DNA of 64,000 bases, taken from positions 9,486,001 through 9,550,000 of the forward strand of contig OY740813.1 of the NCBI GenBank assembly GCA_963514005.1, in the 5' to 3' direction. The DNA is from Raja brachyura. Its lineage: Eukaryota. The notes under the pieces are model-generated. The model did no database searches. It had not been told where the DNA came from and worked only from the letters and a program-made list of their open reading frames with translations. The position numbers and the translations under genes were made by a program. This document shows positions 17,586 to 32,500 of the stretch, one piece after another; position 1 is the first letter of the stretch; each line of letters opens with the position of its first letter.

Positions 17586-20500
17586 GTGAGTTAGTGGGAA
17601 TTAGGAACAGGGTATTTAAAGACCTGTGTAGGTTTACAACACGTAGAATATAATTGTGAATTCAATTATATCAAAATGCATGTAGATAACTAAATGTTCA
17701 TATGTTGGTTAGGATATTCTTGACATGAACCTGTCCTTGCTTGTACATAAACAAACACTGCATGTGGAGGAAGGAACTGTAGATGCTGGTTTACACCCAA
17801 AGATCCTCCGCTATAGAATCTTTGTTTACACCGAAGATAGACACAAAATGCTGGAGTAACTGGAGAAAAGGAATGAGTGACGTTTCGAGTTGAGACCCTT
17901 CAGACACTGCATGACGTGATTCGTTCATCCAGTTAATTTATATTTGCAAACTTTAATTATTTCCTGTATGTTTTAAAATAGATGTGGAAATATGATTGAT
18001 TGTGGTATTTTGATCGTGGTGGAAAAGGATTTGTTCCTGTGTTTTAATGCGAATTTGTCGGTAATGTGTTTAGGCTATAAATGATTTATTACACAGCCTT
18101 AACGGCTTCAGAATATCACAGAGACATGCACACCTTCTTTAAGTGACACATTTCTATTTGCACTTGTTCCACTTCTGCATACATTTGTTGAATGGCAGAT
18201 ATGTACATGTTTGCAGCATTATGCAAAAATCTTCATTGTTTTCTATGATTAATGTCAAAGAAGCTAGCTCTTCTCAACACCGATGTCGTGGTCAATATTT
18301 GTCGCTCCATTAGCAATACGAAAGCAGATAATCTAAACAAATTTATTGCATAATCTTAAGTCATAATATTCGGCATTGGCATTTTCTATATAATGATACT
18401 GATCCAACTTCAGTTAGGTTTTATTGGTTGTAAAGCATGAAGGTAGTTTGCAAAAAAGGTCTTAAATAATGAAGTTGAACAAATGTACAGTGATACAGGA
18501 GTTAAATTCATGGACTAGCAATCCAAAGACCTGAAATAGTATTGAGAGACCTGACTTAAATCACACAATGTTGCTGTGAAATTTAAGTTAAATTAATATC
18601 AATCAATTTGGAAAAATAATAACATCTTAGTGCCGGTGACCACTAATATGATCAAATCGATGGTAGAAACACATCTGATTCCCTTGTGTCGTTCAGATAG
18701 GGAATCTACCAGCCCTGTCTAGTGTAACAAAATTTTCAAGTATCACCTCTACCCCCTCCACTATCACACTGATCCTTCCATTTCTCCATATGCTTATCCC
18801 ATCTCCGAATCCTCCATTTTTCTTTTTATCTCCCCCCCCCCCCCTTTCCTGTTCCTCATAGCCCCTTACTCCTATATCTCTCCCTCTGCCATTATATTCC
18901 ACACCTCTTCTTTCCTTAGCTGACACGTTTTATCTTCTTTCCACCTCCAGTCTTTGGCTCTCTTTCTATCTCTATGTCACCCATCTGCCAATCACCCCAC
19001 TACACCCCCATTTCACTGATATCCAATTCACACTTGCCAGCCTTTGTCCTGCTTTTCCAGCTTTTCCCTCCCTAATCCAGCACTGAACTGAACAAGGATC
19101 GCGACCCAAAACATCATCTGTCCATTCCCTCCACAGATGTTGCCTGACCTGCTGAGTTCCTCCAGCTTTTTGCTCATGATTCCAGCATTGCAGTCCCTTG
19201 TTTCCATTTCCATTAAGAATATTTGACCCTAAAATAATTGGACAAACCTTTTTTGCACTGTAACTGCTACATTAAGAGAGAGAGTTTTGCAGATAGACTA
19301 CCTGGTATTGACCTAGGTATCAAATTAAGATACAACAAATTTGCTTCCAGCTCGCTTGACCTGTGGAGTTTCTTAAACATCTGGGGAATGGTGTCAAAAT
19401 TAGGAGTACTGTTCAACAAACTGGCTGGGCAACAGTCTGACGTTGTTGTTATTCATGACAAGGTGCCAGACTCTCATCACAACCCTGCGTATGCACTAAA
19501 GATGGACACAAAAAGCTGAATTCAGCGGGACAGGCAGCTTCTCTGGAGAGAAGGAATGGGTGCCTTTTCGGGTCGAGACTCTTCTTCAGACCTGTGTACA
19601 CACTGTTCCACCCGCAGGGTAGAAATTCCAAAGGTGCTGGCAAACCGGTGGGTCAAAGGACCTGTTTCCATCTTTCAATCAATCACTCAAAACAAGATTT
19701 TAAAAATTGCAGTGGGTAGTCAGCTCCTAATTCATATGCCTGCAAATTTATACAAAGGAAGAATGTATTGGAACAGTCAAGTTTAGAAGTCGTAGATGAG
19801 GATTTTGAGTTGAGTCCAAATCGGAGAATAAATGTGCAAATATAAAATTCATCATAGGGAAATGGGAAGAAGTTTGTCTTTTATAACACCAAGGTTGTAT
19901 TTCCAACATTAATAGGGAGAAGAATAAGTTTATGGAATCAAACACACTACATTCCATTATAATCTCTTTCAGTACCACAACATTTCAGCATATCAGTGCT
20001 CAATTATAAGAATAACTCAAAGATTCTCAATTGACCAAATGTTTTGGAAAAGTGCTATGCATGTGCCAGTCTTTGCTTTCAAATCAAGTTAGTCAAAGAA
20101 TTATTGGGAAGCAGAAATGTAAACTTCCAGATCCTTTTTTTGGATGAACAAAGGAGACATGATGACACCATGCAGAACTTAATTTTATTTAGCTGCAAAT
20201 TAACTTGGGCACTAACTAAATTGCACTGTATTGCGATGAAGAGGCAAGTTCAGACATCTGGCAGGGCGTTCAAATAAATTTGGAATTGGTCTGAGCTTTC
20301 TTTGGGACTGCGCCAAAAATAAAATCAGTTCATGGAAACAAACTGCAAAACCAAACACCGTGACAAGGTTGCTTTTATAGATTTGGCATAAAATGCTGCA
20401 CAAGCCTTTGATATCTTAGAACTTGGGTGGATAAATCTTTTGTGGGGAGGGCAAAATTGTCTGAATTACCTCAGAGGACTAGTCGGATTAAATATGTACA

Positions 20501-23500
20501 ATGTAAATTATACGTAAACAGATACTGAACTTTAGCCACAGAAATTAACTTGCTAGCATTTACCAGACTAGTTTCTGACAAGATTGTTACTGCACAATAG
20601 CAGTCCAATAACAATCTCCTTGTTTAAAATTTAGGGAATCGAAACTAGTGATTTTGTCTGCTTAACAAGATCATTTATGGATATCACTTTTTGTACCATA
20701 ATTGGTCCTGGAATCTTGTATACGTAATGTAATTTTAACCACAAGGAAAGTGTGGTTTTGAATTAATTGGGAAGTTAAAATTTGAAAATTTTCACAGCCC
20801 TATCAGGACCACAAACATTTAGTTTTAATGCTGAGATGACACCAATCCTCGCGCAAGAGATAATTGGTTAAAATGTTAAAAAGATGATGCTGCTTATCAA
20901 TGTTGCTTATTTAATAAAAATAATTCCAGTCGGGTTCCAAAAAAAAACAAACTTAAAAGTACCTTAAGGTATGCAACTTTTATTAACTTTTTTTTGAGTC
21001 AGAATTACATCAGACAAGTGGAAAATTCTGGTATCTTTCTTGTCCCATCCCACAATCTCTCACATCCATGGAGAAATACCCTGGCATCCTTTTCCCTCTT
21101 TACTTCCACCTGGGTTCTTGCTGTAGCTATGTCTCACAGACTTCCGTATCCAAAGGCTTCCAAGAAATTTGTACTCGTGGGTCATCCATTCAGAAGCTCC
21201 CAGTCTATCTTGTGTTTTAGGGCTGTAGAAACACTTCAAAAAATATTCCACAGTTACAAAGCTCAGCATATCCCAAAGTACAAGTATTTATTTTTCCAAG
21301 TTATAATAGCAGTAGTCATTAAGCTGGAATGAATACAGTAAAGATTTACGAGGATGTTTACTTGTATTCACTAAATAGTAATAAAGTATTTATTACTATT
21401 TAAGTTGAAATTCCCCAGTATTCCTGGAAAACATGGATGGGTGGTGTTTTGGTTCGAGACCCTTCTTCAGACTGATTATATGGGGGGGGGGGAAGAGAGA
21501 GAAAGCTGGAAAAGGGAGAGACGGGACCTGCATGGCAGGTAATATGTTAACATTGGCAAGGGAGGGGGATTTTGATAGGCAGCTGGTTTTAACAAAGGCC
21601 AGAGATCAGAAAAGAAGGTTGTGAGACGGGTTTGAAGAGTTGCAGGTTGTTGAGCTAGAGAGACAAAATTGGCAGGAGGGGGAAGGGGATGAGTGGAGGG
21701 GAGAAATAGGTGGAACTAATTAGCTCTTGGAGCCCTTGACATTCTCATCAAGCCCCGGTGTTTTTCAAGAGAATTATTTTGCGACCATATTTAAATTTTA
21801 GGATGCAGTACCATCTTTTTGCATTATGTCATCGTCTCTTTTGTAATTTAATCCCTTTGTGTTCCACTTAATCTGATACTTTCCCTTTTGTTCTTTCATG
21901 TCCACTCCACACTCGTCTGCATCCTTGGCATTTATTTATGACTTTTCCGTTTTCTGTTATGTTTAATTTGTCCCTTGCTGAATTATTAAGTGTTTCAAAC
22001 GTTTTGTGAAATTCAGATCAGATTTACGGCATTTACAGTATTTTGGTTTTAAATTGCTGCTTTGTCATAAATGTATCTTTATTAGTTTGGGTCTTTTGAT
22101 GGGATTTCTGATGAGCTTTAAAATATGTTGTTCCACTCCTTGAGACCATTGAGGTCTGCTTTGATGTAAAATAAGTGACCGCATAATCAGTCAAGTATCC
22201 ATGGTCAGTTAACCATCACTAGGGGGACACTGTACCTCACCCCCACACATGTGACTAGGGGGGCTCTGTACCACTTTTGTGGATAGGACCTCATTTAAGT
22301 AATTTTCTTGAGATAGGTGTGCAAAGTAAGATGGGGGTGCAGCGAGACGTGGGCGTCCTTGTACACCAGTCACTGAAAGTTGGCGTGCGGGTACAGCAGG
22401 CAGTGAAGAAAGCTAATGGAATGTTGGCCTTCATAACAAGAGGATTTCAGTATAGGAGTAAAGAAGTTCTTCTGCAGTTGTATAGGGCTCTGGTGGGACC
22501 ACATCTGGAGTATTGTATACAGTTTTGGTCTCCTAATCTGAGGAAGGACATCCTTGTGATTGAGGCAGTGTAGCGTAGGTTCGTGAGGGATGGGATTGAT
22601 CCCTGGGATGGCGGGACTGTCATATGAGGAAAGATTGAAAAGACTAGGCTTGTATTCACTGGAGTTTAGAAGGATGAGGGGGATCTTATAGAAACATAAA
22701 ATTATAAAAGGACTGGACAAGCTAGATGCAGGAAAAATGTTCCCAATGTTGGGCGAGTCCAGAACCAGGGGCCACAGTCTTAGAATAAAGGGGAAGCCAT
22801 TTAAGACTGAAGTGAGAAAAAACATTTTCACTCAGAGTTATGAATTTGTGGAAGTGCCTGACACAGAGGGCAGTGGAGGCCAAGTCACAGGATGAATTTA
22901 AGAGAGAGTTCGATAGAGCTCTAGGGGCTAGTGGAATCATGCAATATGGGGAGAAGGCAGGCACGGGTTATTGATTGGGGACAATCAGCCATTATCACAA
23001 TGAATGGCGGTGCTGGCTCGAAGGGCTGAATGACCTCCTCCTGCACCTATTTTCTATGTATATCCCCCATGATTGTCTCTTGATTTGAGTTTGTGCTTCA
23101 TTGGATTCAGAGGTGATGTAGATCTGTGTTCAGGATTAATTTTTACCTGTAGAAATTGCACATGTTTGTTTACCTGAACTTTGGGAAATATTTTTCCTCT
23201 TTTCATTCCACCTCCCTTTCCAGCTTCAAAGGCGAGGCATTTCTTTGAAGCAGGTTCTTGCTCAATAGATGCTGTGGTTCTTTCCAGCTTGTGATGTATG
23301 TTTTTTTTCTTTCATGTGTTTTTGTTGCATTTTCTTTTGACTACCAGAAGATTTCTGGCATGACTGTCCTGGGAGTGGTGATCCTGTTGGGTGTTGACAG
23401 TTGGATCTGCATGCAATGTACAATGCAATGGGTGGATGCAGGAAAATAATTCTCTTTATTGCTGCATATGTTGAGAATACAGATGTTGGCTACATGCCTG

Positions 23501-26500
23501 CTTTATAGGGATAGTTTTTGAGGGACATTATTGGTGATATTTCTTTAGTCTGTGTAAGTAGTTAGCTGTGATGTAACTGTAGAGCAGAGGAGGCTTAAGA
23601 GGAGCAAATACCCTATGCCTCTCCTTTTGCATTTAATGAGTGTCACCAAAACTTTAAAACTATTGGAGTGACATGCTGGAGTATTTTTTTGCCTGAGGCG
23701 TGTAACTTTATAATTGTGATAGCTTGTTCTTGGCATAAATTAATGAAGATTTAAAGAGCCATTTCATCAATAAAAAAATAAGTATAAGCTGTATATTAGT
23801 TGTTGCTTACAGTGTTGCATGATTAAAATACGACTTTACAGAGTGACATGTAAAGTGCAGCTGAGAACTTTCAGTCAAGCATAGAAATCATAGAACATAG
23901 AAAAACAGAAAAATAGGTGCAGGGGAAGGCCTTTGGCCCTTCGAGTCAGCACCGCTATTCAATATGATCATGGATGATTATCTAAAATCAGTACCCCGTT
24001 CCGCTTTTTCCGCATATCCATTGATTTCCTTAGCCCTAAGAGCTAAATCTAACTCTCTGTTGAAAACATGCAATGAATTGGCCTCCACTGTCTTCTGTGG
24101 CAGAGAATTCCACAGATTCACACTCTGAGTGAAAATGTTGTTCCTCATCTCATTCCTAAATGGCCTACCCCTTATTCTTAAACGGTGTCCCCTGGTTATG
24201 GACTCCCCCAACATCGGAGACATTTTTCCTGCATCTAGCCTGTCCAATCCCTGGAGAATGTTATATGTTTCTATAAGATCCCCTCTCATCCTTCTAAATT
24301 CCAGTGAATACAAGCCCAGATGACCCATTCTTTCATCATATGTCAGTCCTGCCATCTTGGGAATTAGCTTGGTGAGCCTATGCTGCACTCCCTCAATAGC
24401 AATAATGTCCTTCAAATTAGGAGACCAAAATTGCACACAATACTACAGGTGTGGTTACAGTTAGTGTTTATATTCCCCGCAAGCTTTTGTTCATGCTCTC
24501 TCCCCCCCCCCCCCCCCCCGCCCCCCACCCTCTTAATTAACCCCTTTGTCTTACTCTGTTGAGCTAAATTTCTCCCAGTTTGCTGCTTCCTCTGGCCAAT
24601 TTATATGCCTTTTCCTTGGATTTAACACTATCCTTGATTTCCCTCGTTAGCCACGGTTGTGCCGCCTTCCCCTTTTCATTTTTTTGCCAGACAGGGATGA
24701 ACAATTTTTGGAGTTCATCCATGCGGTCTTTAAATCATTGCCATTGCATCTCCATTATCTAGCCTTGAAGTATAAATTACCAATCTATCCTAGCCAATTC
24801 CTGTCTCATACCTTCAAAGTCTCCTTTCTTTAAGTTCAGCATCTAACCTGATGTGATATTATGCATCAGTTGCATATGAGATAATAACATCAGTTTTATT
24901 TTGAGGAGTATTGCAGGAGAATGTAGACAGTTTCCTGTATGTGACCATTGCTGGGCATTGCCAGGACAACTAGGTATTTAGAACATGCTGCTGGATTGGG
25001 ACACCACCATCCCTACTCTTACAAATGGCACTTTCATAAGATGTTAAAAACAAAGTATTCAGCAACAAAAATTTGCAATGCCCTTGTACAGGTTCTTGGA
25101 CTACTGGAAATTGTGGCACCCTTGCTCATGAACATTAGTTCTTGGAACTCCAGTGCTGTGCCTGTCTAGCATGGAGCAATGGAATTTGTAATCTCTTTCC
25201 ACTGTTTGCGAATTTGATTTGGCCGTAAGAATAGTTTTCAATGGGTGGAATGTCCCTTCCCTTCACTAGGTCTTCTCTGTTCTGCTTTCTTTGTTGACAA
25301 TGATAGACATCTTACCATTTGACTGATTAATGACTAAATACAGTAAAATCCTCAAGTAAGAGGATATACTTTCCTTTTATTGACGGAGGAAGTTTAACAT
25401 TTTTTTTGTTTAATTCCTGCTATAGGTTTCTTGTTTATATACCCTGCATTATCCAGAAGCCTGTGAGCGACTGCTGCATGTCACTGGCGTGTCGTGGAAT
25501 GCTACCGGCTCTGTTATTGCTTGTTCATATGGCAGGTATTGTGACAAATAACCAAGATCATCCTACCTGTTCATTGTTGGTGATCAATGTTCTTGACTGA
25601 GATGAATACTTGCTGGCCTGGTTTGGGTGATCTTATTGCTGAATGTATCAGTGAGTCGAGAAGCACAACAATAAGATCTCACAAATCAAGCAAACCAATT
25701 ATTCACTTCCATCAAGATTCTTGGATCAATTTCTGTGTAGGAAATGCTCTAAGTTAGGAATGCTATGTGGAATGCATAGGCAGCTATTGGTACCATTGTT
25801 TAGACCATTGATACTGGAAGTTCACTGTGGAACTACTTTGGCAAGTGCCGTGTATTGTTTCTTAATGGAAAGATGGAGACCGATACACTTGATGTATAAA
25901 AATATGAATTTACTGTGCTACTTATGCTTTTACTATGCTGCTTATGCTCTTAACATTTAGGAAAGCTATTCATTCTTTTCTGATCTGCGGAATCTCATTT
26001 TAGTTTAATTTTTAGAGATATGCAGCGTGGAAACAGGCCCTTCGGCCCACCGAGTCCGCGCCGACCTGCGATCGCTGCACACAGTAACACTATCCTACAC
26101 ACACTAGGGACAATTTACACATATACCAAGCCAATTAACCTACATACCTGTACGTCTTTGGAGTGTGAGAGGAAACCAAAGATCTCGGCGAAAACCCACG
26201 CGGCCACGGAGGGAACGTACAAACTCCGTACAGACAGCACCCGTGGTCTGGGTCGAACCCGGGTCTCCGGCACTGCAAGTGCTGTAAGGCAGCAACACTA
26301 TTGCTGTGCTGCCCATAATTGTGCTTTTTAAAAAAGAAACTCCATTGGTGTATAACCATTTAATATAATGACCAGAATAGTACCGAAGGAACTTCTAATA
26401 TAGGTTTTTGTAAGTCTTAATGCTACATGATCTTTGTTAATGAATTAATATAGGCTGCCAGCTTCCGGTTCATGCAGTATGGTGGTAAAATGCCCAAATT

Positions 26501-29500
26501 TGTTCTTCCTGTCACTTTTTCATGAAAAATGCATTAAAAATGAATGATTTTCACAATTAGTAAAATGATTTATTTTTATTAGTATTTATTAATTTGGAGA
26601 CCGCCAGTAAATGTACCTATATATGTTTGTAACATGCTTTGAGTTGCCCAGAATAATTTTTAATAATTACAGGTTACAAGATGGTGACTGGAGCACAGAG
26701 AAGTCTTACGTGTGTACTTGGAATCTGGATCGCAGAGGATTGAACCCAAACCGACCAAATGTTGTGATTTATGTTTCCAGTGCTGTCATGAGCCTGGCAT
26801 TTCACCCAACAGAACCTCCTTTGATTGCTGGTATGAATTTTGGTTTTGATTTTTGAAGTTTGTATCTCTCCATCGAAGGGGAACTATAATTGGACCGTTG
26901 AACTAATCTCAGATTTTGAAGGAAATAGATGAACTAAAGACTTGCGCGTATTCAAAATTGTTTTGTGCACATTACAACCAAGTGGGTAGATCTACTATTT
27001 AACAAATCAAATTCCTGCAAATAGTAATGTGCCAATGTGTCTGTTTTGATGTTGGTTGGAGTTTATTTAGTTGAGGTGTTAGGGATGAAATCCCCTGTTC
27101 CCAAATATTTCAGTGGCATGGGGTTTTAAACTGAAATACAGTAGAGTAAATCAATACAAAAGAGTTAAGAGTCAAGAGTGTGTAATTATCAGTGGGTCCA
27201 AAACAATGAAATTCTTATTTGCTGCAGCTTTATAGACATATCTGTGCAATAAATAAATATACACCAAACATAATACAATAAATTATCAGTTACATTAGGT
27301 AACCAGGCCATAATAGTGCAAGCCAAAGTATGTAGTGCGAACGTACTTGGTCCCTAGTAGTTTGGTGTTGAGGTTTGTGGTTAGAGTTGTGCATAATTGT
27401 TCAAGAGCCTGATGGTTGATGGGAAGAGGAGCTATGGTTCTCTGGCTCCTGTACCACTTTCCCCTTGGTAGCAGCTAAGGTACTAGGGTACCAGCTGTGA
27501 CCAGGGTAGCCTAGATCTTTGATTTTAGCTGTGTTTTGAGGCAGCACTTCCTGTCAAGATGTCTTCAATGCTGGGGAGGACAATAGCCAATATGAACCAT
27601 TTGTTGACATTGGCTCATTATTGAATCGCATTTAGTCAATTGCTTGTTGATCAAAATATTTTCTAGCATGTGAATTGAATTTAGGTTGATGATGCAAAAA
27701 GACTAAAATTATGCTCCAGTTCTTACTGGTTAAGACATTGTTCATTGTTTTTCTTGCAAGGTAAATTTTGAATTGAACTGAGCTAACTTTTGCTTTTGTT
27801 TCATACTGGGTTAACCTACAGAGATTATGCTGAGGTTTCCATGCCCTAACCAAACTAGATTTGAAGTGCTGTGCACGATTATGTTGAACAATTTTCAGAA
27901 AGTACTTTAATGCTTTTGAAAGTTCGTATTGGAGCATAAGAAATGCACCAGGACAAATCATGATGAAGCTTTGGCAAAAGGTATAAAATTATGGTTTGGG
28001 AGAATTTGCGGTTTGAGAGAAGAAACGTAACATTCCGAGGGGGTTTATTGACTGGAAACCATGAGGCTATTTCCCTATGGGACAACCCTGAATTAAGTGC
28101 GTCGTATCAAGATAAGAGTTGGCCACTGAAGCTGAGATGAGGAGGAATTTATTTTCTGAAATGTTTCTTTGGAATTCTCATTCCTAGACAATCAGTAAGG
28201 ACTTTCAGGAATGTGTTGGGTAGATTTTTGGTGCTACTAGGGTTATGCGAATCAGGCAGAAAACATCAAGGCCAAGGGTCATATCTTACTCATGATGGAA
28301 AAGGTCTGTGCTGCATGTCCAATTTTATTTATTTATTGTGTCTTCTATATTATATGTGCTCTCGATCATGAGGAATAGAGATTAGGTGGGTAGATTGTTC
28401 GAAGTACTGGAAAATATTTGCAGCATGAATGCAGATCTATCTGGTCTGAACCAGTATTTATACTCTGGATGTGACGTCTCTCACTCCTAATGGATTATCC
28501 TCCAGAGATGTGACCGCGGTACGAGCTGTTTCATCACTAAAACAGCACCGCACCGTGAAAGGCCCAGTCGCGTCACTACAGGTTCTCCCCCCGATTACGA
28601 CAGGATTTTGTTCCTGAGAACTATTCATAATCTGTATAGTTCACAAGTCAGAAATATAGCTGCCTGGCAATGTATTTCAATAAAATCATTATTGAGGTGA
28701 TTTTTGAAACAAAATATAATATATAATTGACGTCATCTCGAATGTCTTGATTTATACTAAATACACCAAGGCTACAGCCTGCCCCTAACGGAGGAGCAGG
28801 CAATCACTGAAAGAATCGCTGGATTTTTATGCTTTACTGCACATGACCCTAATATCAGGTTTTCCTCATTTTGTCAGTGATTTCTGTGAGCCTTATCATT
28901 TGTACATTCCATCCCTTTACTGCATATCTTTTTTAACTACATTGAGAATGGATGGTGTCTTGGTCAACACATTTTGAAAATTCCCCAAAGCATACACAAT
29001 AGTTATTGCAATTTAATATAACATTATTGAAATATTAGGTACTTGAAGAGCTCAAAGAGACAACACAATATTTCAAAATGCTCTTATGCAATATAATAAT
29101 TTAAGTTGTAGTTCATGCAGTACATCATTGCTACCACTGGAGGAGTTAAGAGTGTTTAATTGTCATATGTAGTGAAAATGGATCAACAAAATTCTTTCTT
29201 GCAGCAGGAAAACCAACATGCATGCACAAGTCACTGATGGTCAACAAAAAGGAGAGACAGGCTATTAGACGATTATTAGCTTTCATTGCATGAACCCAGT
29301 TCTCTTTGAACATCAACACCATCCAATTTCTCAGCATGGCAACCCTGTAATGTTTTTATGTTATTTGTTGATAGTGAGCTAACATGTAGTCCCAGTGTTG
29401 CTACTTCACAAAGTTGGCACCTCGTTTTTAAGTATTCCTGGCAAGACCTTCTGCACTGCTCTTTAAAGCTGGGTTCATCTCCTGGCTAGATTGTAGTGAT

Positions 29501-32500
29501 AGGATAAATTTACAGATGATGATAGGCCTTTCCACAATTCCTTGTGAATACTTAGTTCTGAGTTACCAAATAAATTCTTAGACTATTCCATGCAACATGT
29601 TCGTTCAATGCAAAGATGGGGCTTTGTCTCTTTAAGAGCACTGTGGTCACATCTTCAGTGCTATTGTGACGGTCAGGTAGGTTTATCGCTCATTTACACT
29701 CATTCACTACCAGCTGCTGAAGCACCCTGGCTGTTATTCCTTCAGGACTCTGTTACCTTCATCTCTGGATGCTGCCAAGCCATTCACATTCCCCATCCAG
29801 AGTCAATGAGAGCGTGGAGGACCATCGTGAGGATGGGGGGGGGAAGAACAATGGAGGACCCGGTGTGGGGGGCCGCTGTGAAGGAGGTGGGGGGAGAATA
29901 ATGGACAATTGGGGAGGGTGGGAGAACAAAGGACAATGGGAACCCGGCGTGGGGAACCACAGAGGTGGAGGGGGAAGAACAAAAGGAGCCGCCGGCGTGC
30001 TTTGTAACTTTGTCAGCGTTGTCGGTGGCTGCTATTTGTATACATTGGGTATGTAAACAAAGAATTTCATTGTACCTAGTCACATGTGACAATAAAGTAT
30101 TCCATTCCATACTTTCACTACTTCCAAGTTGTTCATAGAAACATAGAAAAATAGCTGCAGGAGTAGGCCCTTCGAGCCTGCACCGCCATTTAATATGATC
30201 ATGGCTGATCATCCAACTCGGTATCCCGTACCTGCCTTCTCTCCATACCCTCTGATCCCTTTAGCCACAAGAGCCGCATCCAACTCCCTCTTGAATATAG
30301 CCAATGAACTGGCCTCAACGACCATCTGTGGCAGAGAATTCCAGAGACTCGCCACTCTCTGTGTAAAGAATGTTTTCCTCATCTCGGTCCTAAAGGAATT
30401 CCCCCTTATCATTATGGAGGAGCAGTGATTCTTGCGTATTGGTGCATGAAAATCAAGAGTTGGTATGTGTTTGTGAAAAGTACTTGGCATCGATTATTGA
30501 ATGTTGCCCTTTATTGCTAGTGGTATGGAGTATAAAAGTAGGGAACCTTTAATTGAAATTTACAGAGCGTTGGTGAGACAGCACCTGAAGTATTACTTAC
30601 AATTTTGGTTTCAGTGTTTAAGGAAGGATACACTTGCATTGCAGACAGAACAGTGACGGTTAGTTCAAGACGTTAGGTTCAAGAGTTCGATAGCCTATTC
30701 CAGCTCCTGTTTTTGTTATGTTCTTTCATCTCCACTGGATCCAAATCCTGACACCCCATAGATAAAGTGTACAGTGGAAACTCCTGCACATGGATTGCAG
30801 AGATTCAAGCATGAATTCAGTGCTGACTTTATAAAAAGAATCCCACATTCCAAAGATGCAATATCTTACAGCAAGATTATCCAGTTCTGTAGTTTATGTT
30901 GCACTCAACTTAAACTGGGCTGTATCCTAGGTCTGACCTAGCATTCAACTTACTGGCCAATACGTTGATGTTTCATGACATTTTGTATATCAGTATTAAT
31001 AAACTAAGGAAAGAAAAAGATTGTGATCTAAATGTATGTTTTCTTCAGGTGGGCTTTACAATGGAGAGGTGTTAGTGTGGAACTGCAGTAAGACTGATGA
31101 TCCATTAATTGCTAGATCAGGAATATCTGAAGATACTCACCGTGAGCCTGTTTATCAGGTAAAAGATTTAGTCTGGGCCATTTTCACCATCTTGGCTTTC
31201 GTTTTGCTGCTTTAATATTGCTTTGACTGTATTCCAGATCTTCAATGTGATTGAAGCAAATATAAATTCAGTGCCTCACACTTTCCACCCCAGCATTTAT
31301 GTTGACATCACCATTGCTAGAATATTTAGTGTGATGGAAATTCTGTTTTTTCAAGCCCATGAAATTATTTTAAGGAGGAATTTAAAACAAAACAACATAG
31401 GCAGAGAGAGAGAGTTGCTCACCTTGGGGCTGAGGCAACTGAAGGCATGGCTGCCGTAAGTGTGGAGAAGGGAATAGTTGAGAGCAGGCATGGAGAGTGT
31501 AATGCTAGGGTGGAAGCAATAGGTTGCTTGAGGCCATGGGATGTTATGAAAATCAGGATGATAATCTAAGATTTGGACATTTCTGTACCTGGAACTTAGA
31601 AAGTCGGTGATTATAGGGGCAATGGGTGAAGGGGTCTTGGTGCAAATTGATTACAGTTAGAATTGGATGAGCGCAAGATGATGATTGTGATGGACATCTG
31701 GTTTTTATTGGAATAATATTATCTACTATACATGGTTGAGAGGAGGAGGAGGAGTCGCATTATTTTCTTTCTCTAATGTTTAACCTGTGGCGAGTTTGAA
31801 GTATAAAACATGTCTGTTCCCTCCCAAAACAGGTGCAGTGGAACCAGAGTTTGAGTCGCAGCAACAGAATTAACCTTCTGAGTGCGAGTACGGATGGAAA
31901 GATTCTCATCTGGGCGATGGATGGCAAAGGTCAATTAGTACTGCAGGATGGATTTGCTCTTGTCGTTCAGCAGATGCCACGCAATGTCAAACTTAAGGCG
32001 AGCAGTCTTTGTAATGTTATTCGATGTTGAAATTGAGTTTGAGGTTCTCCCAAAGCTGGCAGATTGTTGCTTCCATGTCTGAAATTTGGCAACCACAGAA
32101 GCAGAATATTGTCAGAATTTTACCTCAACAAACTGGCTGCAAGCTTTTTAATTATTCCAATGGAGACATGTTTGCTTGTTAATCAAAGCCAAGATGCTTG
32201 CTGATACCTGTCGTCTAGAAAATCACTCTATTACTTTTTTACCTCGTGCTCAGATCTACATTTGTAGATCTACACCAGCATTTGGACTCAAATTTAGGGA
32301 TCTGATAATTATGAGCCGAGACATTATCCATTTGACTTGAGATGACCCTGCAGGGTAGATATGACTGGAAAAGACTTGGTGGTAGGTGAATAATTTTTCC
32401 TTTTTTTATCAATTCTTTTTCAACATGGCAGTTTATAACCAAGTTTGAAAAGAAAAGCAAAACATCACACTTTCAGGAAATCAGCCATTCTGAAAACTAA

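Noticed and set aside
22217-22273. Short imperfect direct repeat CTAGGGGG..CTGTACC as a possible array
   Set aside because: Only two degenerate units; no CRISPR-like or other regular array anywhere in this eukaryotic window.
26240-26314. tRNA gene-like A/B boxes (also 49180-49248)
   Set aside because: They are heads of SINEs with a shared body and LINE-like tail; no complete cloverleaf.
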